From Macrostomum lignano (lineage: Eukaryota), in the NCBI GenBank assembly GCA_002269645.1, contig NIVC01002159.1, positions 16,394 through 80,393 on the forward strand: a stretch of DNA of 64,000 nucleotides, in the 5' to 3' direction. A program made the translations under genes and the position numbers. Under the pieces are notes generated by a model, which did not search any database, was not told the DNA's origin, and worked only from the letters and a program-made list of their open reading frames with translations. Within the stretch, counting starts at the first letter, position 1. Each line of letters opens with the position of its first letter. Below, piece by piece: positions 37,242-48,477 of the stretch.

Positions 37242-37924
37242 CTGGATCGGATGAGAGAGAGAACAGCGGAGAGGGTATATACAAAGTACATCTGGGACAA
37301 TTATGCCTGACAGTGGACTAACAGCTGTTCGAACAGACAGCTCCCACCCCCTCCCTTCCTTAATTCCGACAGCGAATAGTGGGATTATGGAAGAAAATGC
37401 AATTACTGATTGGGCACGAAAGTGAACGACTGTTAACTGTGGATTTCTGACTCGGGCCTCTGCGACTAACTGTTTATTCAACTGTCACCGCCTGGGAGTC
37501 AGAGTGTGTTTACAGGACAGACAAGCCCGCCCTTGTTGCAGTTGCTATGTAGCTAGTCAGAGTTAATAAGTGTAAGCTCTCATGTCAGCCCTGTGCCGAT
37601 ATTTATATGCAAACTAGAACTGCCTGGCTGGCGGGTGCCAGTTCAAACTGACAGCTCTGACCAGAAAGAAATATTGTATATTGCCGCAGGGCCCGCAGAA
37701 TAAACACTTGCTTTCAGGCAAATAAGATTTACCGCGTTGAAGTATGAAATTCTATCACAGATGATATATTTGGGCACAGTGCGAACTTAAATAGACAGAT
37801 AATACAGCATATACACAGAAAAGGAAAAAAATCAGGACAAGTGACAAGAGAGAGTCAAGTGGGGCAGAGTAAAGCAACCGGGTTCCATTCCGTGGCTCAA
37901 GGAGAGACTTTTGAGAGGCTCGAT

Positions 37925-39100
37925 GGGAGATGCTGAGATGTCAAGGCTCATGAGGGGGGGGGGTTGCTGAGATGCCAAGGCTCATGAGATGGGGTTGCTG
38001 AGATGCCAAGGCTCATGAGGGGGAGTTGCTGAGATGCCAAGGCTCATGAGGGGGAGTTGCTGAGATGCCAAGGCTCATGAGATGGGGTTGCTGAGATGCC
38101 ATGGCTCATGAGATGGGGTTGCTGAGATGTCAAGGCTCATGAGATTGGGTTGCTGAGATGCCATGGCTCATGAGATGGGGTTGCTGAGATGCCATGGCTC
38201 ATGAGATGGGGTTGCTGAGATGCCAAGGCTCATGAGATGGGGTTGCTGAGATGCCATGGCTCATGAGATGGGGTTGCTGAGATGCCATGGCTCATGAGAT
38301 GGGGTTGCTGAGATGCCAAGGCTCATGAGATGGGGTTGCTGAGATGCCAAGGCTCATGAGATGGGGTTGCTGAGATGCCATGGCTCATGAGATGGGGTTG
38401 CTGAGATGTCAAGGCTCATGAGATGGGGTTGCTGAGATGCCATGGCTCATGAGATGGGGTTGCTGAGATGTCAAGGCTCATGAGATTGGGTTGCTGAGAT
38501 GTCAAGGCTCATGAGATGGGGTTGCTGAGATGCCAAGGCTCATGAGATGGGGTTGCTGAGATGCCATGGCTCATGAGATGGGGTTGCTGAGATGTCAAGG
38601 CTCATGAGATGGGGTTGCTGAGATGTCAAGGCTCATGAGATGGGGTTGCTGAGATGCCAAGGCTCATGAGGGGGGGGTTGCTGAGATGCCAAGGCTCATG
38701 AGATGGGGTTGCTGAGATGTCAAGGCTCATGAGATGGGGTTGCTGAGATGCCATGGCTCATGAGATGGGGTTGCTGAGATGTCAAGGCTCATGAGATGGG
38801 GTTGCTGAGATGCCATGGCTCATGAGATGGGGTTGCTGAGATGTCAAGGCTCATGAGATGGGGTTGCTGAGATGTCAAGGCTCATGAGATGGGGTTGCTG
38901 AGATGCCATGGCTCATGAGATGGGGTTGCTGAGATGCCAAGGCTCATGAGATGGGGTTGCTGAGATGTCAAGGCTCATGAGATGGGGTTGCTGAGATGTC
39001 AAGGCTCATGAGATTGGGTTGCTGAGATGTCAAGGCTCATGAGATGGGGTTGCTGAGATGTCAAGGCTCATGAGGGGGAGTTGCTGAGATGCCATGGCTC
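37925..39100. repeat. 31-bp intronic minisatellite (GGCTCATGAGATGGGGTTGCTGAGATGYCAA)n
   Basis: 31-bp period, about 38 copies. Confidence 0.97.
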
Positions 39101-39232
39101 AAAGGGTCTGATGCTTTTCGCTTTAAGCATCATTTTCCTTAAGAAACAGTGAGTACTCAAGGCCTTCTACATGTACTGTTCAAAGGAATTTATTCAACGG
39201 GAGGGCGGACAGCAAACTCCGCAGACTCTCAC

Positions 39233-39424
39233 AATTCGCACAGTATTCGAGCTGGCAAGTCCCCGCCTCGCTCCGCCAAGCAGCAGGGAGTCGCGCAAAG
39301 CAGCAGTGCGAGCTGCCGGCCGACTGCTGGAAGCCAGCGGCGAGGTCGGATTAGCAAAATTCGAATTCGAGGCCGAATGACCGATGGAGGAGGAAGGCCG
39401 AGATGCTGTAGCAACATAAGCCGA
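39233..39424 (-). CDS. Middle exon of the same gene (SAYVATASRPSSSIGHS...SSNTVRI)
   Basis: gcgtcag| acceptor (alternative at 39406), ATT|GTGAGA donor. Phase 0/0 chains 41962 to 37241. Confidence 0.55.
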
Positions 39425-40062
39425 CTGACGCATAGCGATGGATGAATGATTATCTGGATAAATTGCTGCTAGGCTGTCTGAGCGGCCAGTACTTATCCAG
39501 TACTATTATTATGAACATGGAGCAAGGCTTGGCTTATAAAATCCAGCGCTTGCCCTCGGCGCACCCATACAGGCCAATAAGAGTCCAGTGTGCAATGCAG
39601 AAATATCTCTGCCAACTGCCGGCCAAACCAGTAGCGAGCGGGCGCAAGAGAGACAAATAGAGCTGGCCAGTGCAGAAGTGTAGACCCCATAAGCCTGCAT
39701 CGTCTATCCACCGCTCTGCACAGTAAGATTCAATTCATGCAGCAATTTGAGAACTGATAAGCCCCAACCCCCCCCCCCAGACCAAGCTAATAAATATCTA
39801 CCCGCCGCATCAAGTGTGAGAACCTTTCAAGATAAAATGCGAACCCCACAGAGAGAGGTGGATAAATTCTGGTGAAAGCACCCCCCCCCCTGAAAACCGA
39901 TGTTTAGCATTGTTCTGGGTGTTGTATTACAGATTCTTGTTAAGCAGGTGAATAGAGACAGCATTTTAGCAGAGAGATTCGCTACTTATTAGTCTTTCTA
40001 GCAGGCCCAGATTTCGCCTGAGTTATAGTGCAGATAATTGTGTAGGGGGGAGTAGCTTCAGC

Positions 40063-40942
40063 CCTGCAGGTCTGACTGACTGACTGACTGACTGACTGAC
40101 TGACTGACTGACTGACTGACTGACTGACTGACTGACTGACTGACTGACTGACTGACTGACTGACTGACTGACTGACTGACTGACTGACTGACTGACTGAC
40201 TGACTGACTGACTGACTGAATGACTGACTGACTGAATTGAGTGAGTGGGTGACTGACTGACTGACTGAATTGAGTGAGTGGGTGACTGACTGACTGACTG
40301 ACTGACTGACTGACTTGAGTGAGTGGGTGACTGACTGACTGACTGACTGACTGACTGACTGACTGACTGACTTGAGTGAGTGGGTGACTGACTGACTGAC
40401 TGACTGACTGACTGACTGACTGACTTGAGTGAGTGGGTGACTGACTGACTGACTGACTGACTGACTGACTGACTTGAGTGAGTGGGTGACTGACTGACTG
40501 ACTGACTGACTGACTGACTGACTGACTGACTGACTTGAGTGAGTGGGTGACTGACTGACTGACTGACTGACTGACTGACTGACTGACTTGAGTGAGTGGG
40601 TGACTGACTGACTGACTGACTGACTGACTGACTGACTGACTGACTGACTGACTGACTTGAGTGAGTGGGTGACTGACTGACTGACTGACTGACTTGAGTG
40701 AGTGGGTGACTGACTGACTGACTGACTGACTGACTGACTTGAGTGAGTGGGTGACTGACTGACTGACTGACCGACCGACTGACTGACTGACTGACTGACT
40801 GACTGACTGACTTGAGTGAGTGGGTGACTGACTGACTGACTGACTGACTGACTGACTGACTGACTGACTGACTGACTGAATGACTGACTGACTGACTGAC
40901 TGACTGACTGACTGACTGACTGACTGACTGACTGACTGACTG
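40063..40942. repeat. (GACT)n microsatellite punctuated by TTGAGTGAGTGGGT inserts
   Basis: Direct reading. Confidence 0.97.
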
Positions 40943-41274
40943 AGAAATCAGCAATTTTTTAATGCGAGCAGCGGAATCCAAGCACAGATATCAGAATTCG
41001 ACACGCTGGCAGACTGAAGCGCAATAAAAACAGACGCCCTGCCGCTGAATTGCATTGTAAGGAATCGCAGTCAGCGGCAGCCTCATTCAAGCGGAATGAT
41101 GAAGAGCCGCTACTTCTGTGTGCACTTCTGCCAGTGCAGTCAGCAATCAGTGCGATGGGTGTGACAATAGCTGCCTTGCGCAGATAGATTGAGAGCAGAC
41201 CTTCTAGCCAGCACAGCTCATGACACAGCACCCAGTGAATTCAGCGCGTGTTTCTGCATAGCACGGCATCTAAC

Positions 41275-41940
41275 ACATTATCTAACACTATATCTAACAC
41301 AGGATATCTAACGCATGATATCTAGCACTCGATATCTAACACATGATATCTAACACATGATATCTAGCACACGATATCTAACACATGATATCTAACACAT
41401 GATATCTAGCACACGATATCTAACACACGATATCTAACACATGATATCTAACACATGATATCTAACGCATGATATCTAGCACACGATATCTAACACATGA
41501 AATCTAACACATGATATCTAGCACTCGATATCTAACACATGATATCTAACACATAATATCTAGCACACGATATCTAACACATGATATCTAACACATGATA
41601 TCTAACACATGATATCTAGCACACTATATCTAACACATGATATCTAACACATGATATCTAGCACACGATATCTAACACATGAAATCTAACACACGAAATC
41701 TAACACACGATATCTAAACCATTATTTCTAACAAACGATATCTAACACACGATATTCAACACACGATATCTAAACACTATACGCTCGTATCTAACACGAT
41801 TCTAACACATTATCTAACACACGATATCTAATACGATATCTAACACACGATATCTAACACATTATATCTAACACACTATATTTAACACATTATATCTAGC
41901 ACACGATATATAACACACAAAATCTAACACCATGTCTAAC
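41275..41940. repeat. 14-bp minisatellite (GATATCTAACACAT)n, degenerate
   Basis: 14-bp period. Confidence 0.92.
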
Positions 41941-41961
41941 AATCCAACTTTTATTACTCAC

Positions 41962-42348
41962 CGCATCAGCCTCTGAATCGCAGTTGCTGCCTCTTTTATC
42001 ATTTCCTTTGTCGTCGCCAGAACCGCCTGATTGCGCTGCCGCCTGGGCTGCACCGACAGCCAGCAGGTCCGGCTCCGAAAACCATCGATCGGACTTCTGC
42101 TTAGCCTTATCCGCGGCCTCATCCAGCCCCGCCTTCAGCCGTCTCTGCAGCCGGGACTTGGACACCCGATCGGCGCCAGTCACCAGGCTGCTAGCCGGAA
42201 TGCAGCCGACTGAACCGCCGCCTGCAGCGGCCGATTTCAAGCTGCTCCGCTTGCCGTCGTCAGCAGCCAGCCCGACCTCCCCCCGATCGACGCTGCCGCC
42301 GCTGGCCAGCCGAGAGCCGGGCTGCTTATTGAATTGATCGTCGGTCAT
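41962..42348 (-). CDS. First coding exon of the same gene (MTDDQFNKQPG...SEADA)
   Basis: Strong Kozak context GCCGCCGCCATGA, GCG|GTGAGT donor, phase 0. The joined model is about 803 aa. Confidence 0.7.
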
Positions 42349-42574
42349 GGCGGCGGCTGGCTGGTTGGCCGAGTTGCTGCATAGCGGAGTGGCGCATTTA
42401 ATCGTATTATTGCGCATATGTTCCAACTGCACTACTTATTCCAGTAATCCAGTAGCATTGAAAGAGTTTATTTCAAGTCTATATACTGCCGCCTACTTTT
42501 ATTACTAGAGGCAGGGGCTGGGCGCATCCTTTAAGCGACATTGTCACACAAGCGCGCGGATATGTACGCAGTCA

Positions 42575-42652
42575 TACCCACAGGAGTCGAGTGGAATCGA
42601 GCCTGGTCCGCTGGCACATCAGAGGGCCGCGCTAGACCACTATGCTACTAGT
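42575..42652 (-). mobile_element. tRNA-derived SINE head
   Basis: On the minus strand, A box TAGCATAGTGG and B box GGCTCGATTCC at tRNA-like spacing, without a proper cloverleaf. Confidence 0.55.
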
Positions 42653-43649
42653 GTCTCCCACAGAACTGTATTATTTTAAAATGAAATGCAGAAAAGCAAC
42701 AGATTACAATATTATCATACAGACAAAAAATATGTATTTCTATTTGTTACACCAGCCAACAAGCGGTAAGGCCTGGTCGCTTGTGGAACTCATATTTGCC
42801 TAAACTTTGAAACCCTAGCAAAACAAAGGGTTTACAGGATATTACATATTTAGACAAACCAAGCTGATAGAAGAAGTCTCCCAGAAGACAGCTAAAAGGC
42901 TAAAAAATGGTTGCTAGTTAAAACTTTGTGCAGAATGAGAAAAAGTCAAACCTGCCCATACAGTAAGTTCAGAACTTCAGCAACAAACTTAAACTTTTCA
43001 AGCAAAAAAAAAAACAAAAAAGCAAAAACAACAAAAAGCTGCCAAGAAACAAACAAAATAAGCCGATAGGATAAACAAAGTAGTACACTGGGAACTTTTA
43101 TAAGGCCGATGTAAAAACTTTACTGTATTACTGATCGAACAATAATGATACTACTGAGATTGTAACTGACAGTCAGTAGTAAGACAGTAGCTATTGATCG
43201 TAAAGTTGTGCAATTCGTTAAATAATGCTATTAAAATTATGAAAATGAATACACAAACTAAAGGTGCAGTCTAATTAATTAAAATTATAATTATATTACA
43301 CAGGACGTAATGAGCTAAACTAATTAATGTTTCAAGCGCTGTAAATGCTTCATATAGTAGTAAGCCTTTCTATAGTTAAAAAGGAGCATAAAATACCAAG
43401 CATGTCAGCAGCCCTGGATAGCACGTGACAGCAGAGTTTGCTGTGTGTCATATGAACCGGTGTGATGGCTTTTTCACGAAAATATGATTTACCAAGAATG
43501 CTTCTGTACTCCTGATGCATTCGAATTGTCGGGATAATAATATTAGATTAAAGTTGACTAAACTTGTGATTAATTTGTATGCAACGCATTTAAAATTACA
43601 ATAGTCACTCTGTACCTTGTAAATAAAACAATATTATAAAGCATAAAAA

Positions 43650-43965
43650 TGGGGTGGTGGGTGTTGGCTGCCTGGGAGCGGGTGTACATTGAGGTGGTCG
43701 GTGTTGGATGCCTGGGAGCGGGCGTACATTGAGGTGGTGGGTGTTGGCTGCCTGGGAGCGGGTGTACATTGAGGTGGTGGGTGTTGGCTGCCTGGGAGCG
43801 GGTGAACATTGGGGTGGTGGGTGTTGGCTGCCTGGGAGCGGGTGAACATTGGGGTGGTGGGTGTTGGCTGCCTGGAAGCGGGTGTACATTGGGGTGGTGG
43901 GTGTTGGCTGCCTGGAAGCGGGTGTACATTGGGGTGGTGGGTGTTGGCTGCCTTGGAGCGAATGC
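43650..43965. repeat. 40-bp minisatellite (GGTGTACATTGRGGTGGTGGGTGTTGGCTGCCTGGGAGCG)n
   Basis: About 8 copies. Confidence 0.93.
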
Positions 43966-44144
43966 ATATTGGGGTGGAGGGGTGGGGACTATTTCAACAA
44001 GATGTTTACATAGTGAACATACACAGCTATTATTAGTCAAGACCAGTTCGGCAATGCTCATATGAGGTCCTAGCAACAAAAGTACAAAATCAAATAAACT
44101 CGCGCGCATCAAAATGACAAAGCACAAGTTGTAGTTTTATAAAG

Positions 44145-45326
44145 TCAAACTGGATCCTCGTCAAGAGGAAAACGGCGCGGTTTGTAGCCGGGATTTCGCC
44201 GGGCGGGCGGACAAGCGGAGGCCCTGGATGCGGCAGTAGCGGCAGAGGGATTCGGCAACGACCGACGCAGGCCTGTAGTCGAGGATGACGACGAGCCGCT
44301 GGAGTTGGAGCTCGCAGTCGATACGGCGCTGATAGAGTACCGGCGGCCTCTGAGGTGCCCGGCGGCCGCAGTCGGGATGGCGATAACTATCCGACGCTCC
44401 GCAGCTTCCTTGCGCCGGTGTCGCTTTGCGTAGGCGGCGTTGGACAGGTCTTCGACGTCGGCCCAATCACTGCTGTCGACCTTGGCTTCGCCGGGCGTCG
44501 GCGAGTCCAGCACCCTCCAGCTTGGCGTGCTGATCTCGCGACGGGCGGCAAGCCTCGGCAACGAAGGCTTTGCTGACGAACTCGATCCCGAAGCTATCGA
44601 TGACGACTGCGATAGGGACCTGTTGCGGAGTCGCTGCTTGCCCTCGTACGGTCGGGACCTTCGCTGCCGGCGCCGGTGGCTGCTGGGGCACCAGCTGTGC
44701 CGTTTTTGCTTTTTCTTGAGCAGCTGGCACTCCTTAGTGGCCTTGGCGTCGGCAACGACAGAGTTGGAGGCCGACAGACCGTCAGCGCTGAATGCTGTCA
44801 AGGAGACGGCCGATTCAGCGGGTCGTTGAGCGAGAGGCACCCGGCCGCTGGATGACACCAGCTGCTGCTGCTGCTGCTGCTCACATTGCTCAGATTCTAA
44901 CAGAGACTTTGCCAGCCTCTCTAAATTGTTAATCTGCCTACTGCAGTGATGATAGCTGGACCAGGCTTGCAACAGGACAGCAGAACTGTCTGACTCTGGA
45001 TCAGCTGCCTCTTCCACTTGTTGAACTGCCTGATGACTGTCTTCGCTGATATCCGGGGACATGCTGGTGACAGCTTCCACTGTCATGGAGCCAGTTGAGG
45101 CTTCAACCATCTCGCCGTCCCAATAGTCCGAATCGGTGGAAATCGGAGGTTCAGGTGTTGCTATGGCGGTCTCCATCATGGATGCCACTTCCTTTGCAGT
45201 TGGCGATGCCAATGTTGGCTGGCTGAGGAACTGCGCCTTGACAACCAGCGCCATTCGCGTCAGCAGGCTGTCAGGCTTGGCCAGCACCAGTGCCTGTAGC
45301 AGCGGATGCCAAAATGTACTTTCCAT
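44145..45326 (-). CDS. PEHE-domain protein, KANSL1/NSL1-like (MSL1 not excluded), 393 aa if single-exon
   Basis: EISTPSWR...EDLSNAAYAKRHRRKEAAERR matches the PEHE pattern (KANSL1 EILTPSWR...EDLSDAAF, recalled). C-terminal KPRRFPL. An acceptor at 45356-45357 lies 29 nt before the ATG. Confidence 0.8.
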   Translation of the reverse strand: MESTFWHPLLQALVLAKPDSLLTRMALVVKAQFLSQPTLASPTAKEVASMMETAIATPEPPISTDSDYWDGEMVEASTGSMTVEAVTSMSPDISEDSHQAVQQVEEAADPESDSSAVLLQAWSSYHHCSRQINNLERLAKSLLESEQCEQQQQQQLVSSSGRVPLAQRPAESAVSLTAFSADGLSASNSVVADAKATKECQLLKKKQKRHSWCPSSHRRRQRRSRPYEGKQRLRNRSLSQSSSIASGSSSSAKPSLPRLAARREISTPSWRVLDSPTPGEAKVDSSDWADVEDLSNAAYAKRHRRKEAAERRIVIAIPTAAAGHLRGRRYSISAVSTASSNSSGSSSSSTTGLRRSLPNPSAATAASRASACPPARRNPGYKPRRFPLDEDPV

Positions 45327-45787
45327 GTTCAAATGGATATAGATTGATGATGTTTCTAAATAGATAAGCAAATTGCTTAAAAATATTGACTATTGTGAGT
45401 CTAAAATGAAATTCTATGTTTTTAAATATTGTAGCTCTTGGGTCATAGTTGAGGTGATTTTTCTTGAAAGCTTAATAACTAACAACATGCACTTTTTGGT
45501 TTTTGATGCTTTAAGATTTTTTTAAATTAAAAAGCATTTTAAAGGATACCATTATATACTTATTTTTAATTGCTTAGAATAGCTATAATTTTTTTGCAGA
45601 ATTTAAGAATAATGATTAAAAATATTTAATTGTTTAAATATTTAATTGATTGTTAATTGTTGGTTGATTTGATTTATCCTAATCCTACTAAGATAAACAA
45701 TTAGAATAAATAAAAACAAGCCACCATGCAATCTGAACTTTATCATTTTACATACATTCACCCGTTGGAAAAGTTATGCACCTGCAG

Positions 45788-46216
45788 AGGCATAAAAGGT
45801 GAGCGAGGTGCACAAAAGAGGGGCCTATTTCGTGCATGTTTTGGAAATGCACCTGAGTGCACCTTTTATGCCTAAATGTCACCAATATTTTTGAAAAGGG
45901 GCATAAAAGGTGTACAATCGGTGAAGTGGTCAGGCAGTAGGTGAATTCTCAATTTTGATTGGTTGCGGCGGTAGGGGCAGGAAAGGTGCATAAGGGGCAC
46001 TGGAGGTGCGCAAAAGGTGAACAGTAGGCTCACAAGCGAGGCACAGCAGGTGCAGGAAAGGTTCTGAAGGGGCGCAGAAAGTGCACAAAAGGTGAATCAG
46101 AGGTGTATAAGGTGTACATGTGTGGCGTAAATATGTATACAGGTTTATTTCCAAAACACGCTCGAAATATACCCCTAAAGTGCCTCTTCTGTGCACCTCG
46201 CTCACCTTTTATGCCT
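45788..46216. mobile_element. MITE-like inverted-repeat element, within a degenerate AAAAGGTG-rich tract extending to about 46890
   Basis: Arms 45788-45848 and 46147-46216 are imperfect reverse complements. No clear TSD. Confidence 0.55.
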
Positions 46217-46937
46217 ATGCACGAATTAACGCATTAAGAATTCGAAAAAAAAATTAACTGAGAGTTACATACTCATACACTGCACGCACAGATTGAACAT
46301 AGAAAAGTTTTATTTACACCTTTACTAATCGCTGCTATCCCCTTCCTGATCCTGACAAACCACGAAACTAAACATTTCCTATACTGATAAGTTTTAATAA
46401 ATTTCAACTCAGGAAAAGTTCCAAAAAGTGATGAAAAGGTTTGCATTAGTGAGGAAAAATTTCGAATAGTGAGAAAAGGTAGCAAAGAACTTCGCCATTT
46501 GAAACTTTAATGCCCCTTACATTGCCTCTACGCCTAAAGTGCCCACTGTGCACCTTTTATTCACCTTTCGTGCCTCCAGTGCACACTGTACACTTTTTAT
46601 GCACCTCTACCGCAGCGCACCTTTTTTCACCTTTCACTCCACCAATGCCCCCAATTCCTACTTTGTTCACCTTTTGTGCCTCAATGCACACTGTGCACCT
46701 TTAATGCACCTAAATCCCCTACGACACCTGTGCCCCTACCGCCTAGTTCGTGCCTTAAACTCACCTTCTGACCTTGCAGAGGCACTCAGGTGAACAAAAG
46801 GTGCACAAGTGGCACAAAATAGGCATAAGAGAGGCGAAAGTCAGGCAGAAGGTGCAAAACTCTTCACCCTTCATGCCTACTTTAAAAACTCAAAATCCAA
46901 CAGGTCAGTTACATATAAGTCAAGAAATTGAACTAGT

Positions 46938-48117
46938 TAGTGATGGATCGAAATTTGATTTCGATTTTGATATTCAGAATTTCAAACCTTATTTTGCATT
47001 AAAATAATTTCAATTTTGATTTTAAATTTTGACACAATTCATTGAAAGTCATTTCAAAATTTTGGTTATATCAAGCAAGGCAGTTCATGTTAAGCTACAT
47101 GCCATTGCCAATGATTTGTAATAAAATACAATAAATATTGTATTCTGCATTCTTTGTTTCAGGTAAACTTTGATTTCTATCCCTCTCACTTTGTTATACT
47201 ATCATTGCATATAATGCATGTAATAATTTTCTGATAATATTAATCATACACAGTACAACTAGAGTGGATTGAAATTTGGAAAGCTAATTATGTACATGCA
47301 TGCCAAGATTGCATTGCTCACAACAGATTCTAAGGCTGCTGTTAATTCTTCTCATTCAAAATTTGCAGACATTGCGATGTGATATTTGCTTCAAAGATTT
47401 GCAAGGATATTTGCTCATTTGTATATGAGCTTTATAAAATGTGCTAAGTCTACAATGAACTGATTCTTATGCCAACTCCCTGCCCTGAAATACGTAATTA
47501 TGAATCACCAATATGCTAGATTTTAAGGAAATATGCTAACTTTTAGGCAATGTGCTATAGTTAAGCTGCCTCTGCAATGGGTTCATGGACGTTTATAGCT
47601 AGGGTACAGTTGTGTAAATTGGGCATTTACATCTATAAATTCAAAGTAAAACAAAGTGCAATCTAAAGACTTAGTAGGGAGGTAAGAATCGCCTTTCTCC
47701 AAGAAAATATTGTGGGCACGCTCATTGTTTTAGGGCTTGTGTGCTACACTCATCTCACCTCAACCTCCATTGGAAGCCCATTGGCTGGACTCATCTGCGT
47801 AGATTTTAATTGGCTAAAGACTTTTGAGACCTTAATTTAAAACTATAATGCATTACAATATTGCTAGCTACCTTTTCCATTTCATAACTTTCCTGTCCTA
47901 TAATTAACAACTTATGTATTTTGGTTAAAATGCAAAATATGGTATATAATAATATGTAAGATCGCACATTCAATGTGTTAAATTTTTTGCATTGTTAGCT
48001 AAACTCATCAAAATTTGTTTAACTCAAAATTTAAATTTCGATTTTGATTTTGATTTCAAAGTACTGAAAATTTTGATTTTGATTTTGATATATAAAAAAT
48101 ATTTTGATCCATCACTA
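46938..48117. mobile_element. Old non-autonomous hAT-like element (1180 bp)
   Basis: TIRs TAGTGATGGATCGAAAT / ATTTTGATCCATCACTA. Flanks gaactagt / aaactagc match at 6 of 8. Subterminal GATTTT repeats. Confidence 0.7.
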
Positions 48118-48477
48118 AAACTAGCATGAAGTTTAAAACAATATTTATTCTGTTTTTAAAATATTTTTAAATGAAAGCTATTTTTATTACAAATGGAAAA
48201 CTCGTATTCAACTTAAGAAAATGCTAAAACTTTTAATTAACAATATTTTTAAAAATAGATTAAAAAACATAAATGATAAACCATATAGTTGGTGATTACT
48301 TTGGAAATATGATAGTTCAATATTATAGTGAGATATGCTTTGGGATTGCAAAAATGAACATTTTTATGCCAAGTTGAATTTATACAAAAAATGGTAAATC
48401 CTTATTTTGTTTTACTGCATCAAATAAATCAAGGAAATGTGTTTTGATATAAATTATATGGGTGGAATGATTATATA

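Noticed and set aside
35632-37300. Overlapping alternative-frame and plus-strand ORFs
   Set aside because: Expected by-products of a very GC-rich exon.
40063-40942. CRISPR-like repeat-spacer array
   Set aside because: The inserts are identical and the intervening DNA is simple GACT; no unique spacers or cas genes, and the context is eukaryotic. The same applies to all other arrays.
40986-41013. 28-nt microexon (SASVSNSDI) linking 41962 to the acceptor at 39406
   Set aside because: The donor GTGCTT is weak, and a direct phase-0 join to 39424 explains the gene without it.
42575-42655. Intact tRNA gene
   Set aside because: A and B boxes are present but the acceptor and anticodon stems do not pair properly; treated as a SINE head.
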